Assembly: GCF_964355755.1 (NCBI RefSeq)
Contig: NC_092671.1
Location: 6,076,001-6,140,000 of the forward strand
From: Antedon mediterranea
Lineage: Eukaryota > Animalia > Echinodermata
Reading direction: 5' to 3'
DNA length: 64,000 bases
The notes below the pieces were generated by a model that did no database searches, was not told where the DNA came from, and worked only from the letters and a program-made list of their open reading frames with translations. Each line of letters opens with the position of its first letter. Position 1 is the first letter of the stretch. Positions 1 to 10,727 of this stretch are shown piece by piece. A program made the translations under genes and the position numbers.

Positions 1-640
1 TTTTTAATTGATAAAATTGAATACTTTTTTTACTAATGTATCTTGTATGTATAGGAACTAAAATTGGAAAAAGTTTTGATAAGGTCATTTCCACTAAAAA
101 AGTTATCTTTTTGAGTTTTAATAATTAAAAAAAATGTTTACATTGCTTAAAATATTTTTTCTGTAAGAATAATTCTTGACATGATGATTTTGATATATAA
201 ATATTCTAATTAAACAAACAATTCCCTACAGTCTTTCCAATGGAAGACGGATGTTAACAAATATCCTTTAGTACTTTTGATGATACATGCCTATGATGTG
301 GTGATTGGTACCTCTTCATTTTCCGATATCCTTGCAAAAAAAGTTTTTAAGTGGAAACCCCCATAAAATGTAAGAACAGCTATTTGATGGGAAGTTGATA
401 TGACTAATTAAATTATTATCTAATTATGTTAAACAGCTGTATTAATCTGTATTATGTTATGTATTAGAATCAAATAATCGCTTAATCATTTACAAATATT
501 TAAGTTTTTAAAATAAAGAGATGTTTGAATAAATTAATTATTATTAACAAGATCTGTATCAAATATGGCAGTCATTCGTTGGTAGATACAAACAAATTGA
601 AAAACGAGGATCTGTATGTCTTCGAAAATTGTCATTTTAA

Positions 641-1069
641 TCAATTGTGTGGTCTCAGAGCCTTCCTTTTGAAAACACTGCAATGGCATGCCTTTTTTAC
701 CTGCAAGTTTGATAAGTCAGCCTCAATCTTTATAACATGTGTCTTCTCAAGAAATAACTGCTGTCTAAAATCAGCTGATTCTGTTTCCGCAATATTTGCC
801 AATTGTTCTGCGTTGATACGCACGCCACGTTCTTGATCGACCTGCATCAACAACTTATCAATCTCCTCTTTCTGTCTTTGCCCAATCCCGAGTAGATTAT
901 GACATTTCTGGCAATCCATACAAGCTCGGTCGGTTTGTGTTTCAACGTCACTTTTTGCTTGCGTGTAGAAGTTACTCCGTCCACATTGAATTTCTCTCGT
1001 TGCTCCATTATGATTTAGAATTAATCTCTTCTTGTTAAAGAACAGCGTTGAAAGCTTACTATTTGACAT
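641..1069 (-). CDS. Candidate orphan protein, 142 aa: TQT (LC8/DYNLL-type) motif, CxxCxxC, C-terminal coiled coil
   Basis: Open ORF with higher GC than its flanks. The ATG follows directly after a polypyrimidine tract and AG acceptor (minus strand ctttctttttttcttcattag|ATG). A strong donor CAAG|GTAAGT lies upstream at 2719/2718. The translation contains DVETQTD, CMDCQKC and a heptad-like E/Q/K/L-rich stretch. Confidence 0.55.
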   Translation of the reverse strand: MSNSKLSTLFFNKKRLILNHNGATREIQCGRSNFYTQAKSDVETQTDRACMDCQKCHNLLGIGQRQKEEIDKLLMQVDQERGVRINAEQLANIAETESADFRQQLFLEKTHVIKIEADLSNLQVKKACHCSVFKRKALRPHN

Positions 1070-1484
1070 CTAATGAAGAAAAAAAGAAAGGGAAATTATT
1101 GTTTAATTAACAATACATTATTACAATCAATTCTATTTATCTATGATGATAAATCTATATTATTCATCAGATATTTCAACTATTAAAGCAATTTTTTGTT
1201 GATTAAATTCAGATATTTCTGGCAGAAAATCAACAAATAAAAATTAATAATGATTTCACATTGGAATGAAAGGAAATGAAAAAGACATAAAATGACTATA
1301 CTAGGAAAAATACCAAGAAAGTCAAGATCGTTGCATCCCCAAAGACTTGGACTTAGGTACCAATGTACTTTAGGGTCAGGGTAAAGTTAAGCTGGAAATG
1401 GTACAAGTGAATACAATTGGCAACTGTAAAGTATGGACACCATGTAAAGAAACTGCGTAATTGATAAAGAGGAGGAAACATATG

Positions 1485-1628
1485 CAGGGCTGCTGTTACA
1501 AAAGTGGTGGCATGGTGGTCGAAAAAAAGAAGAAGAAGAGAATAATCCCCTGTGCGGGTCACAGAGTTGTCAAAGGCCTCTGTCAAAAATAGGTCAGGTT
1601 GAAACCTTACCAACCCGTAGTAAGGCCT
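1485..1628. mobile_element. Degenerate short DNA-transposon copy, same family as 8038-8182
   Basis: Shares GTTGTCAAAGGCCTCTGT..AAAA..GGTCAGGTTGAAAC.TTACCAAC with the 8038-8182 element. Confidence 0.6.
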
Positions 1629-2718
1629 TAAAATGTTGTTTTATACTATTTTCAAGTATAAATATTTAATAATATAAGTTACAAAAGGAATAATAATTGA
1701 TGATACCAAATTAAAAAATTTGTCACTAACAAAAATCTATAAAAAAAGAACATCTGTTTTTGAAATTCACAATTTTATTCGTCATCAATTTCAAAATGTA
1801 CAAATTTCATGTGCTTCAAATGTGTGTGGACAAACATGACACATACTGGAAATCTCACCAATTATAAAAGTCAGGAATAATGATGTGAACCTACATTTCA
1901 CTGTCGTTGCTGGCTTAGATGCACTTACTGTATCCAGGTGTTTGACTGACTGAGTGTTTTCTTTTAGATAGCAATCTTTATGTTTAGTCATGTGGGATAA
2001 TTTTCCCCGGAGATGTGGTGATGGTACGAAGTTAGCTAGGGATATGAGATTTAATTGCTATGCAACAGTGTACTGTAAACAACAACAGTAAACTGACTTG
2101 ATTAAAAATGTTTGGTTTTTAAATATCCATGAGTTAAGTTCTTTTTTAAACTGACTTATTTATAATTATTTTAATGTAATATTTATTAACAAAATGTTTT
2201 TTAGGCCTTGTATCACTTCTTTAACTTTTACCCCCCAATAGGACATAATAGTGAAGAATAAATTCCTTTAATTAGGAAAGGAACAGTAAACATGTCCAGT
2301 TTCATGTACAGTACTTGCCTCTTACACAATTATAATTTGATCTTGGTCTATTATTCGTTATTATTTCTATATTAAAGTTTACAATAATAGTTTCTACCCG
2401 ATACAAAAAGTAAAGAAACTATTAATTTTCTAACAATAAAATAAAATTGCAAATCATATATAATTATATAAATATAATCTTACATTATGCAATTACAAGG
2501 TCATTAACATTTACTTGTAAAATATAAAAAAAGTAATGAAACAAGAAAAACAACAAAAAAAACAACAAAAAATTAACAAACAAAAAATTATTAGTATTTA
2601 AAAATAACAATTAATTTTTAATATTAAAAACACCTGCTTTGAAATTATCAGGATTAAAACTTAACTGTATAAAATCAAATAATTTAGCCAACGAGATCAA
2701 AATTATAACAAAACTTAC

Positions 2719-3010
2719 CTTGCAAATCAAAATACAATATATGTATTTCAAACATACAGGATGACCCAAAACAACAAGCCTACGACGGTACAGCAGATGA
2801 AATCTAGCCTGACTGTATGACTGGGACGCAAATCGGATATGGTCCGGTGGAACAGAATAATCACATGCGCTGTGAATTCAACAGGAACTTGCGTTTTGGC
2901 TTGAGCACAACACTTTAGACGCTAAAGTGAGTCATCCATTTTGCATTGTATACGGTAAACTTGTAACGGTTAGTGATGCGACGACTCACACGACGACGGA
3001 TAATGACACA
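2719..3010. promoter_or_regulatory. CpG-enriched candidate promoter / first-exon region, possibly bidirectional
   Basis: Local CpG enrichment, with a minus-strand donor (GTAAGT at 2718-2713) and a plus-strand donor-like AAA|GTGAGT at 2927 pointing away from each other. Confidence 0.35.
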
Positions 3011-3849
3011 ACAAATCACAGTCAACTTGTAATGACATTGACATGAAGGCTACCCTTGTAATGAATTATTAGTCTTTGGTGCTCCATTTTATTCAATATT
3101 TTTCTGAAACAAAATAAATTTAATTCATGCATGATATACACTAGAACTCCTCCCCTGGGACACTAATAATCAGGAAGTACCCCTATCAAGGGGACACTTT
3201 TACTTCTGTGAAATTTAAAACCGAGGCTAATTCCATATTTAGGGGAAAGCCTCAATGGGATTATACTACATTATGCATACATATTTATTTGTGTGCTATT
3301 GTTAATAATTAAATTGAAAACAAATTTGAAAATTAATATATGTATAAGAGTGAGCCCGGATGCAAAATTTCTTTATTTATCCCTCCCTGTTTGACCTTTG
3401 TTAAATTCAGAATTCATACATATAACAAAAAAAGTATAAAACTAGGTTATTTCTTTACCTAGAAGTACAGGCACATTCTAAAAGAAGTATGGTAAATTGA
3501 ATTACTGTAAAAGATAACATCAGTTTATAATTATATGGACAGCAGCACATCTTTCAATAAGTTGTTAAGATAAGTTATAGGTTATAGACTGTATATAACA
3601 GAAATAAACAATTACACTCATAGGACAGTAGGCCTATAAATACATTAGAAGAATTCCTATTAAGGGGACACCTTCGAGACCCTACAAAGTGTCCCTCAAC
3701 CATAGTGATTGATATATATTTGCTTGTTCATTTCACTGTTAACTGTCCTCTTTATAAGGGTGCACCTGAGTAGGGTGACCCTTATAATAAGAATAATATC
3801 CTAGAGTTATATAGTGTTGTGAATCATCTAATTACTGAACATTATTACA

Positions 3850-4000
3850 CCAGTCACTCATTTATACACCTGGGTGGAGAGGCAAACGCAAGCAAAGTAT
3901 TTTGCCTAAGGATACAAGCATGCGGTGAGAGTTGGTTTCAAACCTCGATCTCACGACCAGTAGTCAAACGTACAGTACAACACACTGCGCCACACGCTCT
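3850..4000 (-). mobile_element. tRNA-derived SINE fragment
   Basis: The minus strand has a degenerate A/B-box head (GGTTTGAAAC), followed by the common SINE body motif that reads ACTCATTTATACACCTGGGTGGAGAG on +. Confidence 0.6.
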
Positions 4001-4717
4001 TAAAGAGGTAGGTAGTGCAGAAGGGGTGTTGGTGGCTATAGAAGATGTTCTACTGTAACTCTATGTCCATGTCACTTTGGTACAGTACTCTACCCAGTCT
4101 TCATGACATGAATCTGAACTAGGGAATGCTTGTTCATTCATTGCTTCAATCAACAAACAGCTTACTTAATTGGTTTACTTTCCACCTTGAGGTCAAGCAT
4201 TAGGCAACTTATAATGTTAAAATGTTCAATAATAATATTTAAAAAAATTCAGGTTCTGCTGTATTTGTCTATTAACATACAGTAGAAACATGACGGGTGC
4301 TGCAATTATTTGACTGAAATGCTTTTTCTATCTTTAACAATAATTCAATCTAATACAAGGTTTTAAAAGGGCAAAATAATAATGTAATTTTGTAACTGTC
4401 AGTATAATGATAATTATTAACAAAATTCATGACAGCTTTGTGGCATATGTACAGAAAAATTTATCATTACTAATCATGATTTTTATCTAAAATAATTGGT
4501 GATTTCCTGGCCATCACTTGAGTAATCACTTATATATTATTACATGTATTCTTTCCTTAAAATTCTACAAATTCTTGAGTGGGTTTTTTTTGTAGATGTG
4601 GTTTATGTTTAATGTGTTGACTATTATCCTATTAAACATTTTCAGTCATTCCGACCTCAAAATATTAATAAACAAACATAACAGTTTTTTGAAGATGTAT
4701 TTCTTTTCATTGTTTAA

Positions 4718-5339
4718 AGCCCCCTTCCCTACGTTTTTTAGATCTAATTTAAGAGCACAAACTATATTTAATGTAAAAATAATACTATATGGTCCTATTG
4801 CGATAACTTGTTTTGTCTTTAAACGGTTAAAAATGTGAAAAATAAGTCGATTCTAATAATTATAGCGGCCCGCTATAAATCCCAAAATGCATTGCGCGCG
4901 GATTGATATTTTTGTTTTTCACCTGTAATTCGCCCACTTTTCGATCGATCGTGAGGCCAAAACAAATGGAAGACTCCTAACTTTTCTGCGAAAATACCGG
5001 CTTTTCCCCAATTTGTATTAACGGAGTCTGGCAAAAATAGAAAGACAATTAATGCAGCAACTATACAACGTCAGGCTAGGTATATAGCTAGCGTATGATG
5101 TTCGTACGTTACCGATGTTTACCAGCTAGGCCTACAAAACTAAGCCTAGCTAGGCTAGGCCTAACGTCCACGAGAGGTCGGTCGCCGCGAGCTACTTAGG
5201 TAGTGCATTGTTTCTCACTTTTTATCATAATTTACCATAAAACGTACATTAAGACAAGGAATGACATGGTTTAATGTTTTAAAAGTGATATATATGTATT
5301 ATTTTCCAAAAAACGTCCAAAATTGCAGGGAAGGGGTCT
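4718..5339. mobile_element. Non-autonomous DNA transposon, Kolobok-like (TTAA TSD, AG-starting TIR)
   Basis: TTAA|AGCCCCCTTCCCTAC ... GCAGGGAAGGGGTCT|TTAA. The TIRs match at 13 of 15 positions and the interior is CpG-rich. Confidence 0.75.
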
Positions 5340-6733
5340 TTAAGTCCTTGTGTGTGATGCTGAGAGCACACCAAAGCACTTCCTTTTAGAGAGGCTCAAG
5401 GTGTAGGCCTCTTTCATACCCATTCTATTTATAGCATTTTGTAAAGCCTTATGGTGGGCAGACAAAATTATTACTTCTTTTTCAGAGAGAGTAGGGCCTA
5501 CTTACATATTCATAGATCAGTTTGCTGTATTTATATGTTATTGTTGCAAGTTCTTTAAAGTTTGTGTATTAGCATTTATAGAGGGCAGTAGACATAATTG
5601 TTGTTGTTTTCTGAAAATGTATCTGCTGCCCTCTGTAAGTTTTGCAACTTCTTGTGATTATTTTGAACACCTGTGTTGGCACACGTGTTCAACCTTTTCA
5701 AACGTCATAATACATAGATGAACAGAAATTTGCGTATTAATAAGTGAAATAAAAATGTGAGTAATATTTATTATTTTATTTATATGTTCTAGCTAGTAGT
5801 AGCCAGTTAATTAGGCCTACCTAGGCCTAAAGACAGTGCTATTTTATAGTTAATAAGACTAGAGAGAGTGGGTGACCCTACCTCTCTATCAGGCCTGGCC
5901 CTAGTACTATACTAGTAGTAGTAGAGGAGTAGGCCTAGTAGAGGGGATATAAATAGGCTTAGGCCTGGCTATAGGGCCTAGGCTAGGAGGAGGATACTGG
6001 GCCTAGCTAGGTTAGGCTAGCAAGGGCATTGGGGAAACATACAATATTAGATGGGTCATCCAAACTGCCCCACTTGTTGTGTTGCACCTCATCATTGTCT
6101 TGCGTCCTCGCTCGTGTGGGAACCAAGCTTAAACATAAAATTGCAGCACACCTGGTTTTGTGTAATATTGCTGTGACATTATATTTAATAAAGTTATAAT
6201 TTATATTCCAAACAGTGTTTTTTATATTATTATTATTATAATAATATTATTGAATATTGATAATTTATTTTTAATGTTAGAATATTTACCCGATATACTG
6301 TTAGTTTATACTTAAACTAAACAAAATTTAGTCAAAATGCCTTTTTTGTGAGATTTTCCATCATGTTGGAATAAGAAATATGCAATTTAAATTTGCATTA
6401 TAAATCATTGAGATTTTTTTTGCAAGACGCCAAAGCAACATGTCATTGATATGTTCAAGTGATCTATCTAGTACAATTTGATTAGATTTCATTGACTACT
6501 TACTAAATGTAATTTCTTCTGTTTCTACAATTCCGACGTTTTATGAATATATGCATGAAAACGATTTTAAAATTCAGAATGCAAGATCTTCAGATTGTCT
6601 TGCGATATCGTTCTGTTATTTATACTATACTTTATATACTGTAAGTAACTGTGACGAATAATTCCATGATAATTCAATGGCTTTATAAATTAGGTTGACA
6701 GGGTGGTAGAGTGATGCTATGAAAAAACTATAA

Positions 6734-7808
6734 AGCTCTGTCTACACTATAAATTAGGGCCTGTTTCTGCTGAGCAGAAATAATCGATTATTAACCGTTT
6801 ATTTTTTTAATCGATTATTTTTGGGCAGCAGAAACGGCGCAAAATAAAATAACCGATTAAAAATAACCGATTAAAAACACTCAATCCATTGCGTGTTTTA
6901 ATCGATTATTTCTTGTTTTAACCGATTATTGCGGAGCAGTTTTGAGCTGCAACACAAATAGCAATTATTGACCTCACTTTGACCTCTAGAGTATGACAAA
7001 CTTATTCACGTCACAAAGCATGCTGTTTATTTGCCCGATATCGACGACGATCAGCAAAACCACGATCGCGATGTAGACCGAATAACAATCAAATGTCAAA
7101 CATTTGATTTTTATTATTTTGTGGGGGAGAATTATACCGAGAGACTCCAGGATTCTGTGTTACAAGTACACCCGTTACATACCACCAGTCCAGGCTAACG
7201 ATGTTTTACATGTCATTTTTTAGGCCTGTTGTCTGTTGACTTCTTTCAGTAGAAATATATAGCCTCTATAGGCCTAGCAGGCCGAAGGTAGAACCAACGA
7301 ACGGCGAAACAAACTTTTTTCGCCGACGTGTCCTTATTATATAACATCATTATTCTGTTGTGGTACGGTAGTAGGCCTAGATGTTTATTTTACAAATAAT
7401 ATAGCTTTACGTAAGAGTAATTTTTAATCCTACATGTGAGAGTTTTAGGCAGCGATAGGATGTAAACAAATCAACTCTCATCGGCCTTTCATAACTTAAA
7501 CTGCGCTGTGGGGGAATGATGACGTGATTTTAAAAACCGTTTACCTGAATAACCGATTAAAGTCGTAGCAATTGAAAATTGCAACGCGATTATTTTTGTG
7601 GTTTGCGGTGACTGGAAAAAATTGATTATTTTGATTTTTTCAGCAGAAACAGACCCTTAGTGTGATGTGCCCAAATATGGTAGTGATATGCCCAAGTATG
7701 ATAGTGATATGGCCAAGTATAGTAGTGATATGACATCATCATGGTCATATATGGGCACATCACAATTTGTTCTCATACACTGTAAAATTTGATAGTGTAG
7801 ACTGAGCT
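6734..7808. mobile_element. MITE family A copy interrupted by a nested Harbinger element
   Basis: The left TIR AGCTCTGTCTACACTAT is at 6734. The MITE body resumes at 7660 and ends GATAGTGTAGACTGAGCT. Confidence 0.8.
6757..7656. mobile_element. Non-autonomous PIF/Harbinger element (900 bp)
   Basis: TTA|GGGCCTGTTTCTGCTG ... CAGCAGAAACAGACCC|TTA, giving a 3-bp TTA TSD. Multiple subterminal AACCGATTA/ATCGATTA motifs. Confidence 0.85.
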
Positions 7809-7854
7809 TTAATAAGGCCTGTTATTTGCACACTATGTACCACCATACGGACAA

Positions 7855-8015
7855 CAGTAGAATCAAATTAAATGGAAACTTTCAGGATCCAACAAAGTGT
7901 CCCCTTAATAGTGGTTGCCTGTAAAGCTAAAACATAAAGTGCTCTTTATTCACAGGAAAGTGTTCCCATAAAAGGGGTTTCTCCTGAATAGGGTGTCCCA
8001 AAGTAGGGATTCTAG
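7855..8015. mobile_element. Degenerate Tc1/mariner-type MITE of the GGGGACAC/GTGTCCCC family (other copies near 3140, 3650, 10170-10800, 11990, 37280, 40045, 44550)
   Basis: CAGTAGAA-type termini, with recurring GTGTCCCC(T/C)(TT/TG)AATAG(A/G)GG subterminal motifs shared among copies. Confidence 0.6.
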
Positions 8016-8037
8016 TCCTTTTACTTTGTTCATTGGT

Positions 8038-8182
8038 CAGTGATGTAGCCACGAGAAACAAAGTGGTCCGGTTTTCACAAAAAAAGGAAAAAATCTCTGT
8101 TCAAGCCTCTGGGTTGTCAAAGGCCTCTGTGAAAAAGTGGTCAGGTTGAAACTTTACCAACAGTACTGGTGGCTACGGCCCT
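8038..8182. mobile_element. Short hAT-like MITE
   Basis: Imperfect TIRs CAGTGATGTAGCCAC ... GTGGCTACGGCCCTG. A second copy lies near 1485. Confidence 0.6.
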
Positions 8183-8718
8183 GCATAACAAGGACTAGTG
8201 CATCTCCCAATGGTTGAGAGTGTCCAATTGTTTGTAGTCCATACTTTTCCGTCAAGTACATTTTATCACTAATAACTTTGTTTCTATGCTATTAATTTAC
8301 CATACAAGGAACCTTGATTGTGTACTGTTACCGTATTGTTATCAAGGACCCATTAAAATTAAGTGTTTGTATCTCATATCTACAATTCAAGGAAACGCAT
8401 CTAGCATCTGTGCCTGAAATCAAAACTCTTTTAGTCAGGCCTAGTTTATGACTTCTTTACTCAAATATTTCCCTGGATAATAGGATCATAATTAGTTCAA
8501 TAGTGATGATACCCCCTAATTAAATACCATTATCTAATGATGTGTACTCTAGCAATTTCAGAAGACTTAAGTATGCGGAAAAACACTTAAGGTTTGATCA
8601 ATATCTAATTTGAGAATTATTTCTCTTAAACTTATCTAATCATTATACTGGCCAAGAGAAAATGTAGTTAAGTTGACTCTCTGGGGATTAGGTTACACTG
8701 TTCTTTTGAGTTACTTCT

Positions 8719-8870
8719 AAAGTCTACACCATCAAACTTTATGTGACAAAAAAATGTAATGTGCCCATATGGACATGATGATGTCATATCACTACCATAT
8801 TTAGGCATATCACTACCATATTTGGGTACATCAAACTTTTTTTGTAAAATTAGTTGGATAGTGCAGAGCT
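8719..8870. mobile_element. MITE family A (Harbinger/Tourist-like, ~150 bp)
   Basis: Family body GGACATGATGATGTCATATCACTACCATATTT with degenerate TIRs. Confidence 0.8.
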
Positions 8871-9514
8871 TTAAAATGTAGTAGGCCTAATATGTTGTGT
8901 GGTTTGTATTTGTAAAAATAATATATTAAGTTTTTAGAAACTGAGCGAATATTTGCCAAAATGCATATAGCGTCAGTGGATTTTAATCCATTTACTACAG
9001 TATCTTTTTTATAATGTTATTGTTATGTTATAAAAATTTTCCTTCAGTTGTTTTTATGTGTATGTAACTTTGCTTGTTTCAATATTATACAACAATTGTA
9101 ACAGTAGGAATTAAACAATATATTAAGATACATTGATGTGACAGAAGTAATGTAGAGAACAACCTGTATTTTTAACATACTACTACTACTGTATTATACT
9201 GACATAATTCAGTAGGTTGTTACTAATGAACAATGATGGGGACACAGTTAATAGTATTCATCTATGCAATATTATTTGTATTGATCTTATTTGTGTATTC
9301 TAAAAATGTACCAGCTGATAAATGTTAAAATCATCTGTCCTTTTTACAGTATCTGGCATATTTTGTATACAATGTTCAAAATAATTAACCATAATAAACC
9401 ATCTCTTATATAGGCCTAGCTGTAGTGTAAACAAAAAATGTCAGTCAAGTCTTTGTATTGGTTTATGTATGATCAAAATGATAGTATCCTATTATCTTGA
9501 ATAAATGTTTTATA

Positions 9515-9655
9515 AGCTCTACACTACTGCATCAAACTATAAATATTTTGACAAAAAAAGTGTGATGTGCCTAAATATGGTAGTGGGGCCAAAATATGGT
9601 AGTGATATGACATCCATATATAGGTACATCACATTTTTGTCACATAAAGTTTGAT
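9515..9655. mobile_element. MITE family A, degenerate
   Basis: Family body AAATATGGTAGTGATATGACATC and a left TIR remnant. Confidence 0.75.
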
Positions 9656-10438
9656 GATAAATAATAATACTTTTAATACTTTTCACAGAGCCTTGTAAAT
9701 GCCATTGAACAAATTTTCAAAAAACATGCATACTGTAAACGTTAACAATTTTTCTACCTATTTTTTTCGTAATTTGTTTACAACTAATCATGTAACATCA
9801 TATGAATTTATTCATATTATCCTATTGATTTTCTATTGGCTTTTAAAGATATGAATATTCATGATTTCAATGTTTTGATTACTAACGGAAAAACAAATTA
9901 TAGAAGGAAATGTAATGGCTTGTGGTGTAAGACTAATACCTTTTAGCACCTGTGTATATCCCAGAAAGATGATATAATGAGTTTCAGATTAGAAAAACAA
10001 TCGCATCAATTGATATCACGATTTAGTTTATTTTCAATCGTAACAACATAACAAAATATTTAAATCTGTTTAATATATTATCAAGCTTTATAAAGGGTGA
10101 TATCATAGAGGAATTTCTCCATGAGTATATAAATGTTGTATAATATTGTGTACAGTATATTGTGTATACAGTACAACCCTCCCTTTGGGACATCCCTTTT
10201 CAGTAAAGGGACATCCCTTTTCAGAGGATACTGTACCTCTTTTAAGAGGATCCGCTTCCCTGTAAACAAATGAGGGGTCATATATAGTCTATTACGTGAC
10301 GAGGCACCAGTAGCATACGCTGTGCTGAAGCCACAGTAAACAGGTATGTTGATCAAATTACCTCTTCTTGTCAGCCCACCACCAACTAGATGCCTAGTCC
10401 GGTGCTATTCTGGCCTATGTCGGTTCATCCAGGTAGAC

Positions 10439-10727
10439 TACACAAACCAATAGTGGTGTTGGTAGTCTATGAGTGATAGCTTACCTGAATGAACAACCCT
10501 CCCTCCTCCCCACTTGACAAGCGTCTCGTGGAATGGTGAGGTATGCAGGGGCGTTGCCGCCCACCTGAGGGCGTGGCGCATGGGCGATACCACTGTCTTG
10601 GAGGGGAGTTCATGGATAAAGTGTTACTTTTCGGTTATGTTCTCCCCTTGAAGGGGAAAAGGCCTATGTCGTTTCATCCAGGTAAGCTATCACTCATAGA
10701 CTACCAACACCACTATTGGTTTGTGTA
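10439..10727. repeat. ~55-bp near-perfect inverted repeat enclosing a GC-rich core
   Basis: 10439-10493 TACACAAACCAATAGTGGTGTTGGTAGTCTATGAGTGATAGCTTACCTGAATGAA is the reverse complement of 10673-10727 with one mismatch. Confidence 0.85.

Noticed and set aside
525-836. 103-aa plus-strand ORF
   Set aside because: Antisense overlap of the better-supported 641-1069 ORF; no true ATG or splice support.
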